From: Eledone cirrhosa
Taxonomy: Eukaryota
Direction of reading: 5' to 3'
Length of the DNA stretch: 64,000 nt
NCBI GenBank assembly: GCA_964016885.1
Contig: OZ024743.1
Coordinates: forward strand, 152,768,001 to 152,832,000
The first letter of the stretch is position 1. Each line of letters opens with the position of its first letter. The notes below the pieces were generated by a model. That model was given only the letters and a program-made list of their open reading frames with translations, was not told the origin of the DNA and made no database searches. Shown one piece after another: positions 40,020 through 53,636 of this stretch. A program made the position numbers and the translations under genes.

Positions 40020-40735
40020 AACACAGAAGCAATAATTTACACCCACGAAATGCACTTCGTCTGCATACATGTAACAGCACATATATGGGTGTGTCGGAGA
40101 GTAAAATGACCTTCAGTAAAATGACCTTCAGAAACCCAAATAAAAGGAACACCACAAATTTGGAGGATAAAATATGGCAACTTATTAACAAAATGAAAAA
40201 TACTGGAACAATCTCAATTATATGTAAATGGGTTCAATGTTTGCAGATTATGCAATAATGAGAGATGGTTGAGATTGAATAATCTGTACAACAACAATAG
40301 ACCGTTGAATACACGCATGGAACACCTTTTAAAGAATTGGCTTCCTCAACAATTAACATTAATTTTTTTTCATTTTCCTAAAGTATTTCCTATCCACTTT
40401 TTTAGTGTTGGGTTATCTCTCCTTTCCTTAAGCTGATCAACTAACTAACTCCAACTGATGGAGTTCTCTCCATCAGCCCGAACTATTCCTTCCTATACTT
40501 CTCTCACATTCCTTCACTTTAAACACCCTTTTGCGTGCTCTTCTATCTCCTTGCATTTAAATATACTATTTCAATTCCTTTCCACTGGCACAAGATGAAA
40601 AGTTAGTCCTCAAGGCCAAAGAAACGTACGTTCCTTGTATGGCTCCGTTGTAGAAACTGGTCTTAATAATTATATTAAAACTTGCCCTATGGACTTGAGT
40701 TACCTTGAATATTTCTACCATTTTATTACCACTAT
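40020..40735 (+). mobile_element. Naiad-like PLE 3' remnant with decayed HHR (40590-40638)
   Basis: TYMGVSE..TFRNPNKRNTTNLEDKIWQL, then CRLCNNE; GAAA-CGTACG-TT-CCTTGT with upstream ACAAG-ATGAAAA. Confidence 0.6.
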
Positions 40736-40738
40736 ATA

Positions 40739-41138
40739 TGTTGGTGCCACAACATCCAGGCCGAAACAAATGAGATCGTGTAGGTGTCACGACAAAAAAA
40801 ACACACAGTCCACGCTGTAATGTGGCCGTGTAGGCAACACGGTAAAAACCTGCCAGTCCCACACTGTAAATGTGGTTGGTGTTAGGAAGGGCCTCCAGCT
40901 GTAGTAAACCCGCCAGACAGTCCACGCTGTAATGTGGCCGTGTAGGCAACACGGTAAAAACCTCCCAGCCCCACGCTGTAAATGTGGTTGGTGTTAGGAA
41001 GGGCATCCAGCTGTAGAAAACCCGCCAGACAGTCCTATGCGAGCAAGACAATCACTCTTGCCTCAAGTGGGAAAACCCCCGTCCAAACCCATGCAAGCGT
41101 GGAACACGGACGTTAAACGATGATGATGATGATGATGA
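40739..41138 (+). mobile_element. RTE 3' UTR-only insertion with internal 112-bp tandem duplication
   Basis: Matches 49551-49847; unit starts at 40805 and 40917. Confidence 0.9.
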
Positions 41139-41198
41139 TATATATATAAAGAGAGACAGTTTTATTTGTACATCTTCATTTTATTACCTATTATGGAA

Positions 41199-42367
41199 TC
41201 TCTCTATATATGAAATTCTTTTTCTCTCTCTCTGTCTGTCTTTTCCTTATACATTCTCAAATGGCTGGACCAAATCAAATCAAATATTACAATCAAATAG
41301 TATTAGACTCTGGGATTAACAACATGCAATTTTTATTTTCATTTGGATTAAACCAATATAACACGTTATCTATAGTCACATTATCAATAGTCTATAAGTA
41401 AATGGATATTTTATAACACCACGACGACGTCACATTTTGTATATGAATGTTTATGTGTCTGTGAGTGTGTGTGTTTGCATGTTTGTTACATACGTTACAC
41501 CTTAGTGAGTTACATACACATACATCATGTAAATATTTAATCAGATACACAGAGTATTAAACACACACACACATACATACCTACACATACATATGTGAAG
41601 ACTGACAAATATATGTGTGAGTGTATGTGTGCGTGAGTACACATACATTTCTGTGATGACTGACAACAAACGGGGGGGGGGTAAAAAACTGTGTGTGTTT
41701 GTATGAATGTATGTCTGTGGGTGTTTTTATAAGTTGTGTGTGTTTGATGAACACACACACACATCTACACATGCATATACATATACATATGCGTCGACTG
41801 ACAAGTATATGTGTGTGAGTGAGAGAGTGTATGTGTGTATGAGTTAATTTACACTGCATATAAAAAAAGAGATTAATATATATTTATTTGGTATGTTGAT
41901 ACTTATTTGTTTACAATATTGAGAAAAAATGTCTTTATTCCAAAAATTCCTCTCATACCTACAAATGTTCCATTTGAATTTGAGAGGCTTCAGTTTCCAG
42001 TCAAACTAAGTTCTGTTATTTCAATTAACAAATCTCAGGGTCAATCCCTCAAAAGTATTTGGACTTGATCTCTCTACTTCTCCCACGGTCAACTCTATGT
42101 TGGTTGCTCACAAGATGGAAGCAGCAACAATTTATTCATTTGCACACCAACAAAAAATTACACAATGATTATTATTTACCTTGAGCTGCTTCAAGGTTGA
42201 CAGATTTTCATTTCTAAATTCTATTATCATTGCAATTTTAATATTTAAAAAAATAAAATATAGGTATTTTAAAATAATTGTGAGAAAGAAACATATCTTC
42301 ATATTTATTGTTTACTAATCTGATTAAAAACAGCAGTAACCCAGGTAATGCTGGGTGATTCAGCTAG
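41199..42367 (+). mobile_element. Non-autonomous Helitron with PIF1 helicase remnant
   Basis: VFIPKIPLIPTNVPFEFERLQFPVKL..INKSQGQSL..SHGQLYVGCS (~41925-42120); hairpin acccag..ctgggt 42339-42356 then CTAG|T; 5' end approximate. Confidence 0.8.
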
Positions 42368-43598
42368 TTAGGTAATAAAATGAATATGTATGAATAAAAC
42401 CACTTCTCTTCTTTATTTTACTAAAACTCTTCTTGATACCCTACTGAGAAAATCCTAAGGAATACAAATTGTAGAGTGCTTTATGTCTGTTTACGAAAAG
42501 GTTGGCAGATTATTTGGTCAACCAACTTTCATCAACTGAATAAATATATATACACACACACACACACACATATATATATATTTTAGAAATGGGCAAAAAT
42601 CTAAACCCTATTTGTAAGCTGAGGGAGCTAGATGACGTGGTTTTGAAATTCTTATGAGTATAACATATATTCATGAAGTTTTAATATTTTGATGTTTTTG
42701 TTTCATATCTCCATTACGTAATGGGTTTCCATTTCATTAAGTTTCAACAAGTTTCTTGAATTTTTTTTACTTCTCGCTACACACATGGTAAGATAACTTG
42801 GAAAACAAGAATTTGAAAAGAGAACACTGTATAGGGATTTATAGAGTAGAAGAGAGAGGGAGAGGCAGCTGGCGAGAACAATAAAACAGAAATTATTAAT
42901 AAGATTTCAATCTTACATATGATTGAAATAAAATGTATTACCAGAAGAAAACGTATATGAGCATGTGCATGCACGGGCACATGAGTATGGAATATTTATG
43001 TATTAAAAAGTTGAAATTATAAAAATTTTGTGGGAATATTTTCAATGGAATTAGTAAATAACACCAACAAAGATGTAGTAAATGTAGAAAGATTGTAAAA
43101 TAATCTCTCCAGATATTTTAGCCCCTTATTTACGTAAATGTTTTAGTTGGTGAAAATCGGCAAAATATCAGTCGATACATTCTATGGTCAATATTTTCGT
43201 CACATATATCTCGGCTTATATTCGAGTATATATAGTATATATAAATGGGACAAAATGAAAGCAAACAGGTCCAGACATCAGCCATCAATTTTGAGACATT
43301 TTGTCACTTTTCAGCAATATGGGATAATATCTGATCTCTAAATTACTGCTGCAGTTTTCAAACAAAGTTGTTTCAGCACTACCTAAGACTTATTAAACAC
43401 AATGTATAAATGAGATGAAAAAATACATAGGTGGAAAGGAGGTGCCATAATTTATTTCAGGATGGTCTTCATGATATGGTAGTTTTAGCAAAGGTCACTG
43501 ATGGATTTATTTATCTTAGTGATTGGATTTTGCAACATGTTTAAAGGGTTGTGAAAGGCCTTGACATATAAAATTACGTGCTGATCGATGGACTAGAG

Positions 43599-43925
43599 CA
43601 GCGTTTCTTTATCTTTTTACCCTTGTGGGTTCCTTGAAATATTTTTCACGTCTCAGTGAACCCTTGCATAAAAGTTATTATATGCCATTATTAATATCTA
43701 TATCTTTTATCATTTTATTGTAGTTCATGTGGTAAACATAATCAATTATTTGGGGACAACTGGTTTAAGGAAAAAATGACCCAACGTTTTTGTCAAATTT
43801 ATTGGCAATGCAAGGAAAAAAACCATACTGCTCTTTTACGATACCACGCATTAGTTTATTCATCACAGTTTCTTTCAAATCCCCTAGCAACCTAGGGTTC
43901 TGGGAAAACCTGGTGGAAAATGCTG
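43599..43925. mobile_element. hAT (Charlie-like) MITE
   Basis: Ends cagcgtttc / gaaaatgctg; 8-bp TSD-like gactagag / gtttagag. Confidence 0.6.
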
Positions 43926-44637
43926 GTTTAGAGTAAGGAAGTTGTGTTTGGTGTTCGATAAATTACTTCCACAGAACTGTAGATCTGATCAACATTATCA
44001 ATCTCCAATAATGCCTTAGATTATGATTTCTACAATTTTACTATGTGTTCACATATATTTATATCCCTTTTGCTAAGCTAATACTATTAAGGCTAATGTT
44101 ATTGTTGTCATATTTTTCACACATTTTACTGTAAAGAATAACCTACTGGATATATGTGTATTGACTGAAAAGTCAATATCTATCTAAATTAGAAGGTGAA
44201 TTTTATAAATTAGAAGGTGAATTTTATTGATGATAAGTTGAATCAATAATTTCAAGAAAATCTCCATTTTCTTCAGACACTCATCTTTTTTCTATAGAAG
44301 ATTAAACTTGAGTTGCATTTTCAATATAGCATATTTGAAATAATAGATTGATATAAGTGTGTATATTTGTGCGTGTAAACACTAGAATGTAAATGCTTTA
44401 CAGAATAACAGATTACTAAATATGATAAGTAGAATGTGAAAACTAATTTATGCTGAAATGTCAAATTTTGTAACTGAGTTTCAAATCTTTGAGTAATCCA
44501 ACACTAAATAATTAGTAAGACTTTTCCAATGATGGTGATGATGATGATGGTGGTGGTGGTGGTGGTGGTGCTGGTGATGGTGGAGCTGTGTGAGTGTATG
44601 TATGTAATGTTAGTGTGTATGAATAATGAAGAACAGA

Positions 44638-44922
44638 TGTGCTGAGAGAAAAGGCTGAGCATAAGAAAAACCAGGTGTTTTGTGCAACTGGTATGGACAC
44701 ATGATACATATGGATGATAATTATCATATGAAGAACTGCCAAGAGTTCTTGATGGAAGGAAGATGCAGGAGAAGAATATAGAAGTACTGATGGCTGATGT
44801 AAAAATCCTGGATCTCACAGAGGTGATGAAAATATGTAACAAGTGGAATGTAGCTATGACAAAAAACACCTGTCCAAGTCACACAAGCATCGACAAAATG
44901 GATGTAAAAAAGATGATGATGA
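44638..44922 (+). mobile_element. Old RTE 3' fragment
   Basis: ctgagcataaga..tggtatggacacatg..; ggatgtaaaaaa(GAT)n. Confidence 0.6.
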
Positions 44923-47031
44923 TTTTTATTTTAACATACATTTGATTGTCTGAAAAACATTTTCCTCTCATTACCTCTTACATTCCTCACCGTTTTTGCA
45001 TTTTCTGGCTTTACTTTTATTTTCTACTTCTTAACCTCTCTCCACACAAACACCTAGTCCACATTCCACCTCCTCATTGTCTCTTTTACTAATCCCTGTT
45101 TAGATATCATTCAACATCAGTTGATATTTCCTTTTTCTTCCATGGAGTATTCTGCTCAAAATGTTAGAATTTTCTTTTTCTTAGCAGCATAAAATTTATT
45201 CCACCATTTGAATTATTTATAAAACGTAATAGTTTTTGTCTATGGCAATGACTATTATTGATGGAATTATAATAGAAACTCATCCATCATTTGACACTTC
45301 TGATACTTCCAGTTGTTGTATTCATTCAAGATTGGCTATAAGCGATTAACAACTTAATGTTGATTTTGTGGTTTAAACAAGATATAAATATATGTTGGTT
45401 TTAAGGGAAATATTTTGTCTATTTTCCTATTTATATCATTATTTACTGGTTAAGTTTGTATAAATCTAATTGTTGCTTAACCCCAGGTTATACCTGTTCA
45501 AGAAGACATATAAATGTTACTGTTGTAACCATACCATTTTTTTTCACACACATTGTATCTATAACTAGATTATTTAATGTGCCTCCTATTGTATAAGAGA
45601 GTAAGGTATAATTTAAGTCATATTTGGCTACCATTTCTGATAGATCAAGCGACCACATAGTGTTGCCCCCATAAATTCATACACTGCATAACTGAAAGTT
45701 TTAGTAAACAAAAGTTAGTGACATCATAGACACTCAAAAATACAAACAATCTGTGTCACACTTCAACAATAAGATGAACAAATGAGAGAGCCTTTATATG
45801 GTTGTTGGGCCTGTTAGAAATTGTAGCCAAATCTCCTTCAACTTCAATCTTGCCTTCTAACACAGGGAAGAACACATTAGATAATGTAGTTTGAAATACC
45901 CCTAAAACACCACCATGAGCATGACAGAAGTTGAAATTGTTTACACTTCCACTAAAATGAACAGCAGTTTTATTTACATTACATTTACATTAAAATGATC
46001 AAATCTACACTGTGTTCTCATAAATATTTATTATAAATTTAACTACATCACAAAATATATGTATGTCATGCAAATTAGACCAACAATTTCAGTTATTTTC
46101 TACATTCTGTATGGCATCTATAGCACTGGTATGAAAATATTCTACCATGCACAAAATAATAGATGTAGTTACTCTTTGATGAGGACACAAAAATATAATC
46201 TCTTGTTTTTCTGTGTGTCGGGAAGAAGAATAGTTGAAATTATTAAGCATCACAATTCAATCTTTTTACAGCAAAGGCTTCTAATTAAAAATGGTAGCTA
46301 TATCTACATTAAGTTTACCTTATAATCTTCACATATATATTGTATTTTAGTTTGCATCCCCATCACTCTCCCATCCAAGGAAAGCCTGGCACTGCCCCCA
46401 AATGATAGACATCCCCTGGTCACATGCCCCACGTAATATATAAATGCCCTCCTCTTAGACTATTAAGGGAAGCCAGGTATCACCATGATCGCCCCCCCCC
46501 CCCCCCGACAAAAAGTGATGGACCCCAGCCTATCATCTACAGCATGGCTATGTACAATAAGAACCTTGCTGCTATAATAAAATAGTGTTGGTGCCACTAC
46601 AATATTACCAAGTCCACCCTGTAATATGGTAGTCCAGGTGCCAAGACAAAAAGCACCCAGTAAACCCTGTAAAATGCCAGAGTCATGATAAAATTCTTCC
46701 AGTACCCTCTATAAAGTGGTTGGCATTAGGAAGGACATCCAGGTATAGAAACACCATGATCCCAGTACAAGTTGTAAAGTGGTTGTCCTTACGAAGGGCA
46801 TCCAACCATAGAAACGAAGCTAAAACAAAGTATATGAGCAGGACCTACTCATCTGACCAGCATATGATAGCTGTTTAATCATTGCTAGCATGAAAAATTG
46901 ATATTAAACAGAGATGATGATGATATATATTATGACAATATATATGTGAAGATTTTAAGGTAAACTTACAGTGCATTTGTATATAAGTGCATATATGCTG
47001 TGTATATGCATATAGATCTATAGATCGGGGG

Positions 47032-49847
47032 AACACACAAGCCAGGTAGATTATATCCTTACCAGAAGACGTGACAGAGTATCTGTTGTTAACACTAAAT
47101 CCCTCCCCCATGAAGAATGCACCTCCCAACATAGACTGATAATTAGCGACCTCATAGTCAGGACGAGACGTACTAGACAGCAGAAGAGGACTATCCTCAG
47201 GAGAAAAATATGGAAGCTAAAGGACCCCATAGCCAGAAATAAATTTCAAAGCATATTACTTGATGCTTTCGACAGTAAGGAAGAGCAATTAGAGTCGTAT
47301 AATATAGAGGAACAGTGGGAATTCCTGAAAGCAAACCTGCTGACGGCGGCAGACGAAGTCTGTGGCTGGAGCAGGCCTGTAGGTAGGAGGAGAGTAACAT
47401 GGTGGTGGAACAGTAAGGTGGAGGAGTCAATTAAGGCCAAAAAGCAGGCTTGGAAAGTATGGCGGGATGGGGGAATTAGAGAAGACTATCAAGTGGCCAG
47501 GAGGGAAGCTAGGAGACAAGTGTACTTCGCAAGAAGGGAAGCAGAGGAAAGAAAGTTCAAGCATGTTCTACAACGTGAGGACCAAAAACGTGAGGTGTTC
47601 AGGATTGCTAGGCAATGTGTCAAGGAAAACCGTGATATTGTCGGGGAGAAGTGTGTACTTAATGATGATGGCATACTTGCCATCACTGACGCTGATAAGA
47701 AGGTAGCTTGGAAGTGTCACTACGAAAAGCTTCTAAATGAGGAGAACAAATGGGAGAAAAACAGTCTCCCCCACATCGACCCAATAGAGGGATCAGCAGT
47801 GTTAGTCGAAGGTAGTATAATAAGTAAGGCAATCAAAGATATGAAGACGGGTAAGGCGGCTGGGCCTTCGGAAATAGTTGCTGAGATGCTGAAAGCCTCT
47901 GGAACGGTGGGACACACCATGGTCACCCGGATTGTAAACCAAGTTATACAGAATGGGGTTGTTCCGAAGGACTGGCATAGCAGCATCATCATTAACTGTT
48001 ACAAGGGTAAAGGAGATGCCCTAGATAGGTGTAACTATAGAGGCATTAAATTAATCGACCAGGTCATGAAGGTCACGGAAAAAGTAATAGCGCAACTAAT
48101 CAGAGAGAGAATTGATCTAGATGAAATGCAGTTCGGGTTTGTGTCAGGCAAAAGTACCACAGACGCTCTTTTCATTGTACGACAACTACAGGAGAAGTAC
48201 CTAGCTAAAAGTAAACCCCTATACTTAGCTTTTGTTGACTTGGAGAAAGCCTTCGACAGAGTCCCCCGTTCCATTATCTGGTGGGCTCTTAGAAAACTAG
48301 GTGTTGACGAATGGCTTGTGAGAGCTATACAAGCCATGTATAAAGAAACAGTCAGCAAGGTTAGAATTAACAACGAATATAGTGAAGAGTTTAGCATAAA
48401 AGTTGGTGTCCATCAGGGCTCTGTTCTTAGCCCCCTACTATTTATTATTGCCCTTCAGGCTATAACAGAGGAGTTCAAGACCGGCTGCCCATGGGAACTC
48501 CTATATGCAGATGATCTAACGCTCATAGCTGAATCAATGACCGAGCTAGAGAAGAAATTCCAAACATGGAAGCACGGCCTAGAATCAAAAGGCCTTAAAA
48601 TTAACCTGGCTAAGACTAAAGTTCTAGTTTGTAGGAAAGAAAATAAGGCGGCGGTCCCTTCTGGGAAATGGCCATGCTCAGTGTGTAGGAAAGGCGTAGG
48701 TAGAAACTCCATTTTATGTCCCAAATGCAAAGTATGGGTGCATAAAAGATGTAGTGGGATCACAGGTAAGCTAACTAAGAACATAGATTTTACATGTGGC
48801 CGGTGCTCTGGTGCAATAAGTAGCAGCAAGTGCCCACAAAATACTAGCTCTTTCAATTGCGCAGAGGGTTCTATAGAAATAGTGGACAGCTTCCGTTACC
48901 TGGGTGACAAAATCAGCAGTGGGGGAGGGTGCTCTGAAAGTACAGTAGCTAGAGTCAGAACTGGATGGAAAAAGTTCAGAGAAGAGAGCTTATACCACTA
49001 TTAGCCGCTAAATGAAAGGCAGGTTATATGATGCCTGCATACGAACAGCAATGCTGCATGGCAGTGAGACCTGGGAATTGTGTGCAGAGGATATACGCAG
49101 ACTAGAGAGGAACGAAGCTTGCATGCTCCGCTGGATGTATAATAGTAATATACGTGAACGGCTAAGCATAAACGAACTAAGGAAAAAATTAGAAATAAGA
49201 GGGATCAGATGTTGTTTACTCGAGAGAAGGCTACGTTGGTATGGTCACATGATGCGCATGAAAGACGACAGCTGTATAACAAAGTGCAGGGCAATAAAGA
49301 TAGACGGTAGCCACGGAGTAGGCAGACCCAGAAAAACCTGGGACGACATGATAAATTCCGACCTCACACACTTACACCTCTCCAAGACAATGTCACTGGA
49401 CCGAGACCTTTGGCGGTACTCAGTAATAGAGAAGACATGCCTTACCTAAATACAAAGTAAAACCTACTACAGTCAATAGGCATCTCTAACAAAACACGCC
49501 CCCGTCCCACCCCCTCACCCCATCCACACCGCCCCTTTCAATGTAAAGTTATGTTGGTGCCACAACATCCAGGCCGAAACAAATGAGATTGTGTAGGTGT
49601 CACGACAAAAAAAACACACAGTCCACGCTGTAATGTGGTCGTGTAGGCAACACGGTAAAAACCTCCCAGCCCCACACTGTAAATGTGGTTGGTGCTAGGA
49701 AGGGCATCCAGCTGTAGAAAACCCGCCAGACAGTCCTATGCGAGCAAGACAATCACTCTTGCCTCAAGTGGGAAAAGCCCCGTCCAAACCCATGCAAGCG
49801 TGGAACACAGACGTTAAACGTTGATGATGATGATGATGATGATGATG
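47032..49847 (+). mobile_element. RTE LINE, 5'-truncated (second family)
   Basis: 528-aa frame 47418-49004 with full RT and C4HC3 finger; 145-aa C-terminus after an indel; (GAT)n tail; 5' boundary approximate. Confidence 0.95.
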
Positions 49848-51386
49848 TATATTTTCCACATTATTTTCATAATCCTTATAATTTTGTTCATTGTTTTTGT
49901 TTTAAATTGGGTCCCCAAAATCCTGGTTTCCTGTTTACTCTGGTTTGCAGAGCCATTTTTCTATGTAGTAACCTATATGAACAGATTGGCCTTTAAAAAC
50001 CTTCTTCTGTTCCCCTGTTCTGGAGAAGCCAACCGTACATTTAGTGTAACTATTTCAGCCTAAGGCCTTGTAAGCATTTGAATGTTTATCTAATCAATTT
50101 ATGTTATTTTATTATACCTAACTTTATATACATGTTTATATTCTTATATATTCCTTATACCTTTTTGGTCATTGTTTTGAATACTTTAAAAATTATATAT
50201 TTTTATACATTTATATATTCTCTTTATATTTCCATATCACATTATTTGTATTTTCCTTTATTGACCTATTTATATATTTATTTTGTCTTGTTTATACTCT
50301 CCATAATCTTGTACTTCTTCAGTATATTCACTAAGCCCCTTTATACTTTTTATAGATTTTTTTAATAGCCCCTTTATACATTTTAATAGATTTTTTTATC
50401 TCTTTTTGTTAATAAATATTGAAGTATTCTTAATATGTTATATTTAATAGAAAAATATTGGAGTCATAATATATTGAGAACTTATGTTTCAAACTCTCAA
50501 GTTTTCAACTTTTCAAATTTTCAACTTACACTCAACTTTTCTAAAATATTAACATCATTTTAAGTTAAGCATTATCTATTTAATGACCTTAAATGTGGAA
50601 TGTTGGATATAATAGATAATTGATTTATCACAATGCTCACTAAAGTAACTAATGGTAATATGCTGCAATAGAACAACCACTGATCATCACAAACATAAAG
50701 TAGACAATGTGGCACTGACAACTTCTCATCTGAACCATTTTACTGCCTACTGCAGGAAAACATAAGATCAGATATTTCTGTCAATTGAAATTTATGATAT
50801 ACACTAGTTTGGATAATTAATGAGTTGGATTTAGTTCACAATCAGATTTTAGATTTATATATATATATTTTTTGTTATATTTATTTTGTCATCTTTATTT
50901 TGGTTTTTAAATTTTCACTTCTCATCTAGAGAGAATTATACGAAGTGACTGATAAGCAACCCTATTCGATCCAATGTACATACTTTACCTCTTTCTCATG
51001 CTTCCTGTCTTTCTCTCTTTTTTCACTTTTCCTTTCCTTCCACTCATTCACTCATTATTTATTTTTTTCTTTATGTGTTAATTTTTAACCTTTTGTTTTT
51101 ATAATATATAGCAAAATTATTATCATACACTGTGACATACTAATTTTGATGAAATCATCTCTGAAATATACCTGTCTGGTGACATGACAAAATTCTTTCA
51201 GAGCCCAGCTGCAAATAGTTTTGCATTTTCATTGTGAAAATGATTATATAATACTGCAGTTGCAAGCAAGAATTACAGTAATTATTGTTATAGATGCTTT
51301 GCTGAACTCTTTATTTTTGCTCATACATATATATCATTATCATCATCATCATCATTGTCTAAGAGTAAATCCTTGAAAGGTTTATT

Positions 51387-51444
51387 ATACTATGATCATT
51401 TCAATGACCGGGTTCCATATGAATCCTGTGATATCATCAGGTAT
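51387..51444 (-). ncRNA. Type I hammerhead, slightly decayed stem II
   Basis: AUAC-CUGAUGA-UAUCAC..GUCAUU-GAAA-UGAUCA-UA-GUAU. Confidence 0.65.
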
Positions 51445-53050
51445 TGGAACATAACAAAGGAATATGTAAAAAGCCATGGGTCCGAAAAACCATGGGTCCA
51501 AGAAACCAGAGACAGAGAAGGCGGCTGACCAACTAGCTTCACAGCCAGCCGCCCTCAAAGTGTTGGCAACCGAAAAACTACCAGTGAACATCTGGTAAGG
51601 GGGCACAGGCCTATCATGTACTACCACCACTCCGTCAAAGAAGAAGGGGAAGAAAGAAAGGGAGAAAGAAGTGTAGTGTAAGGGTCAAAATACATTCATG
51701 TTAGAGAATGTCGCGAAAAAATGCTACCCAAAGGATCTATAATGTGTGTCTGTATGGTCTAATGTGTGAACCAAAGATTGGAACGCTAAACTTATGTTGC
51801 GAGTTATAGGATTAAATAAATTAAATTAAAAATATTATCTTGCAAAATGGTAAATTGAAAAATAGAGGTAGCGAGATTTATATATTTAACGAACTTATGG
51901 AGAGAGTCTTATATGAAAAAAATTTTTTTAACTCGATAAGCCATTAGGATGGGATATAGAGTAAAGATTTCGATTGGGAGTCCCAGCCAGCACACCCACC
52001 ACCATGAGTCAGCCAGTCTCGAGTGGTATCGTCCAGCGAAAGAAATGGAAATTAATTTTTCCGAGTACTCTAGGAACGTAACTAACTTTGGCCCCGGGAT
52101 CGCTAGCGGGAACTCCACAATTTCGACAAGCCATCGTCTATACCACGAATACTATTAAATCACACATTAGGGGTTTAATTACATGTCAATAGAGGCATGA
52201 TACAGCTAATAGTTGTGCCCAAACCTGGAGTTTGTAGGTCCAGGTATAATTAGGCAGCCAAAACAAGCGGTGCGGTGGGACTGGGGCAGAGCAAGCCACT
52301 CCGAGTAATTTCATTTACCGAAAGAGGAGAAATTAATTTTTCCGAGCACTCAAGGAAGGCTGAACTTTCCGAGTGCCCAGCGCGCAGCCGGGAAAAAGCC
52401 ACCACACAAGTCAAACAATGAAAAGTGAAAATAGATCAAAATTATTTTAAATTATTTTAAAGTCCCAGTTAGTCCGAGTTAAAGGTAGTGTGGTTTTTAG
52501 GTGGGTAGGGGGCTATGAAGGTGCATAATGACCTGAGTAAGGAAAAGTTACAAAAAAATACCAATACATTGATAAAAGTACATTAATAAAATAATAGAAA
52601 ATAATAAAATAATAAAATATACATTAATGAGATAGTAAAAAAATTAATAAAGGTAAATAAGAGTCAATATGGATCAAGTTGTAGTAAGATAACATAAGTT
52701 GTACATATAGATATAGATATAGAGGATAGAGGAGATGGAATGGTAACAGATTGTACCTAGTGTAAAGTTTGGGTTCCGAATTCAGTGCGAGTCACAAAAA
52801 GTCCTGAGGTATAGAGTAGAGAATACAGTCAATACAATACATGTTTTAGTATAATACGTAGAGTTTTGTCGGAATCGGAATCCTCCCGACAAGGAAGTAG
52901 TATCAGGTGGCTGTAGATAAAGCACAGAGCAGCCAAAATCCGAATGGCAAGTAGATCAGTTAATCCCATGCTGGTAATAGCTGTACACTGAAGTCAGTAC
53001 CGCTGTTCAATATCACATTTTGAAGTGCTCAACATTATAGGAACATTATT

Positions 53051-53395
53051 TCTTAAGGTTTGTTGGTTCACCAGTGGATAGAACTGGTCATTCCGTATGG
53101 TCAATCCTGGTGTAATATTGTGAAGAGTACTCAACGCAGTGCAGTTCAACCATCTTCGTTTGTGTAGTTGGTGGTGCGAATACGGAGTTAATTATAAACT
53201 TCATAGTCTTTCAAGGATTTACACCAGTCCAGCCTCCTGTTACTTCATTTATAATTAACTCCGTATTCGCACCACCAACTACACAAACGAAGATAGGTGA
53301 ACTGCACTGTGTTGAGTACTCTTCACAATATTACACCAGGATTGATCATACGGAATGACCAGTTCTATCCACTGGTGAACCAACAAACCTTAAGA
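53051..53395. repeat. Inverted repeat (53051-53198 / 53248-53395) ending in (TA)n
   Basis: ~148-bp arms with few mismatches; terminus resembles ~31970-32003. Confidence 0.9.
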
Positions 53396-53636
53396 TATAT
53401 ATATGTATATATATTCTTGGACCAGGTGATGTGTTGTTTCCTTGAGCAAGACACTTTATTTTCACATTGTTCCAGTTTACTCAACTGTAGAAATCAAGCC
53501 AGAATTGGTTCCCATGTGAGCAAGACAAGGTCAGCTGACCGGACACTGCCTACAACAGGACAACATCATCATCATCCGTCCTAACCTTGCAAGCAGGGAA
53601 AAGCGCACGTAAAACGATGATGATGATGATGATGAT

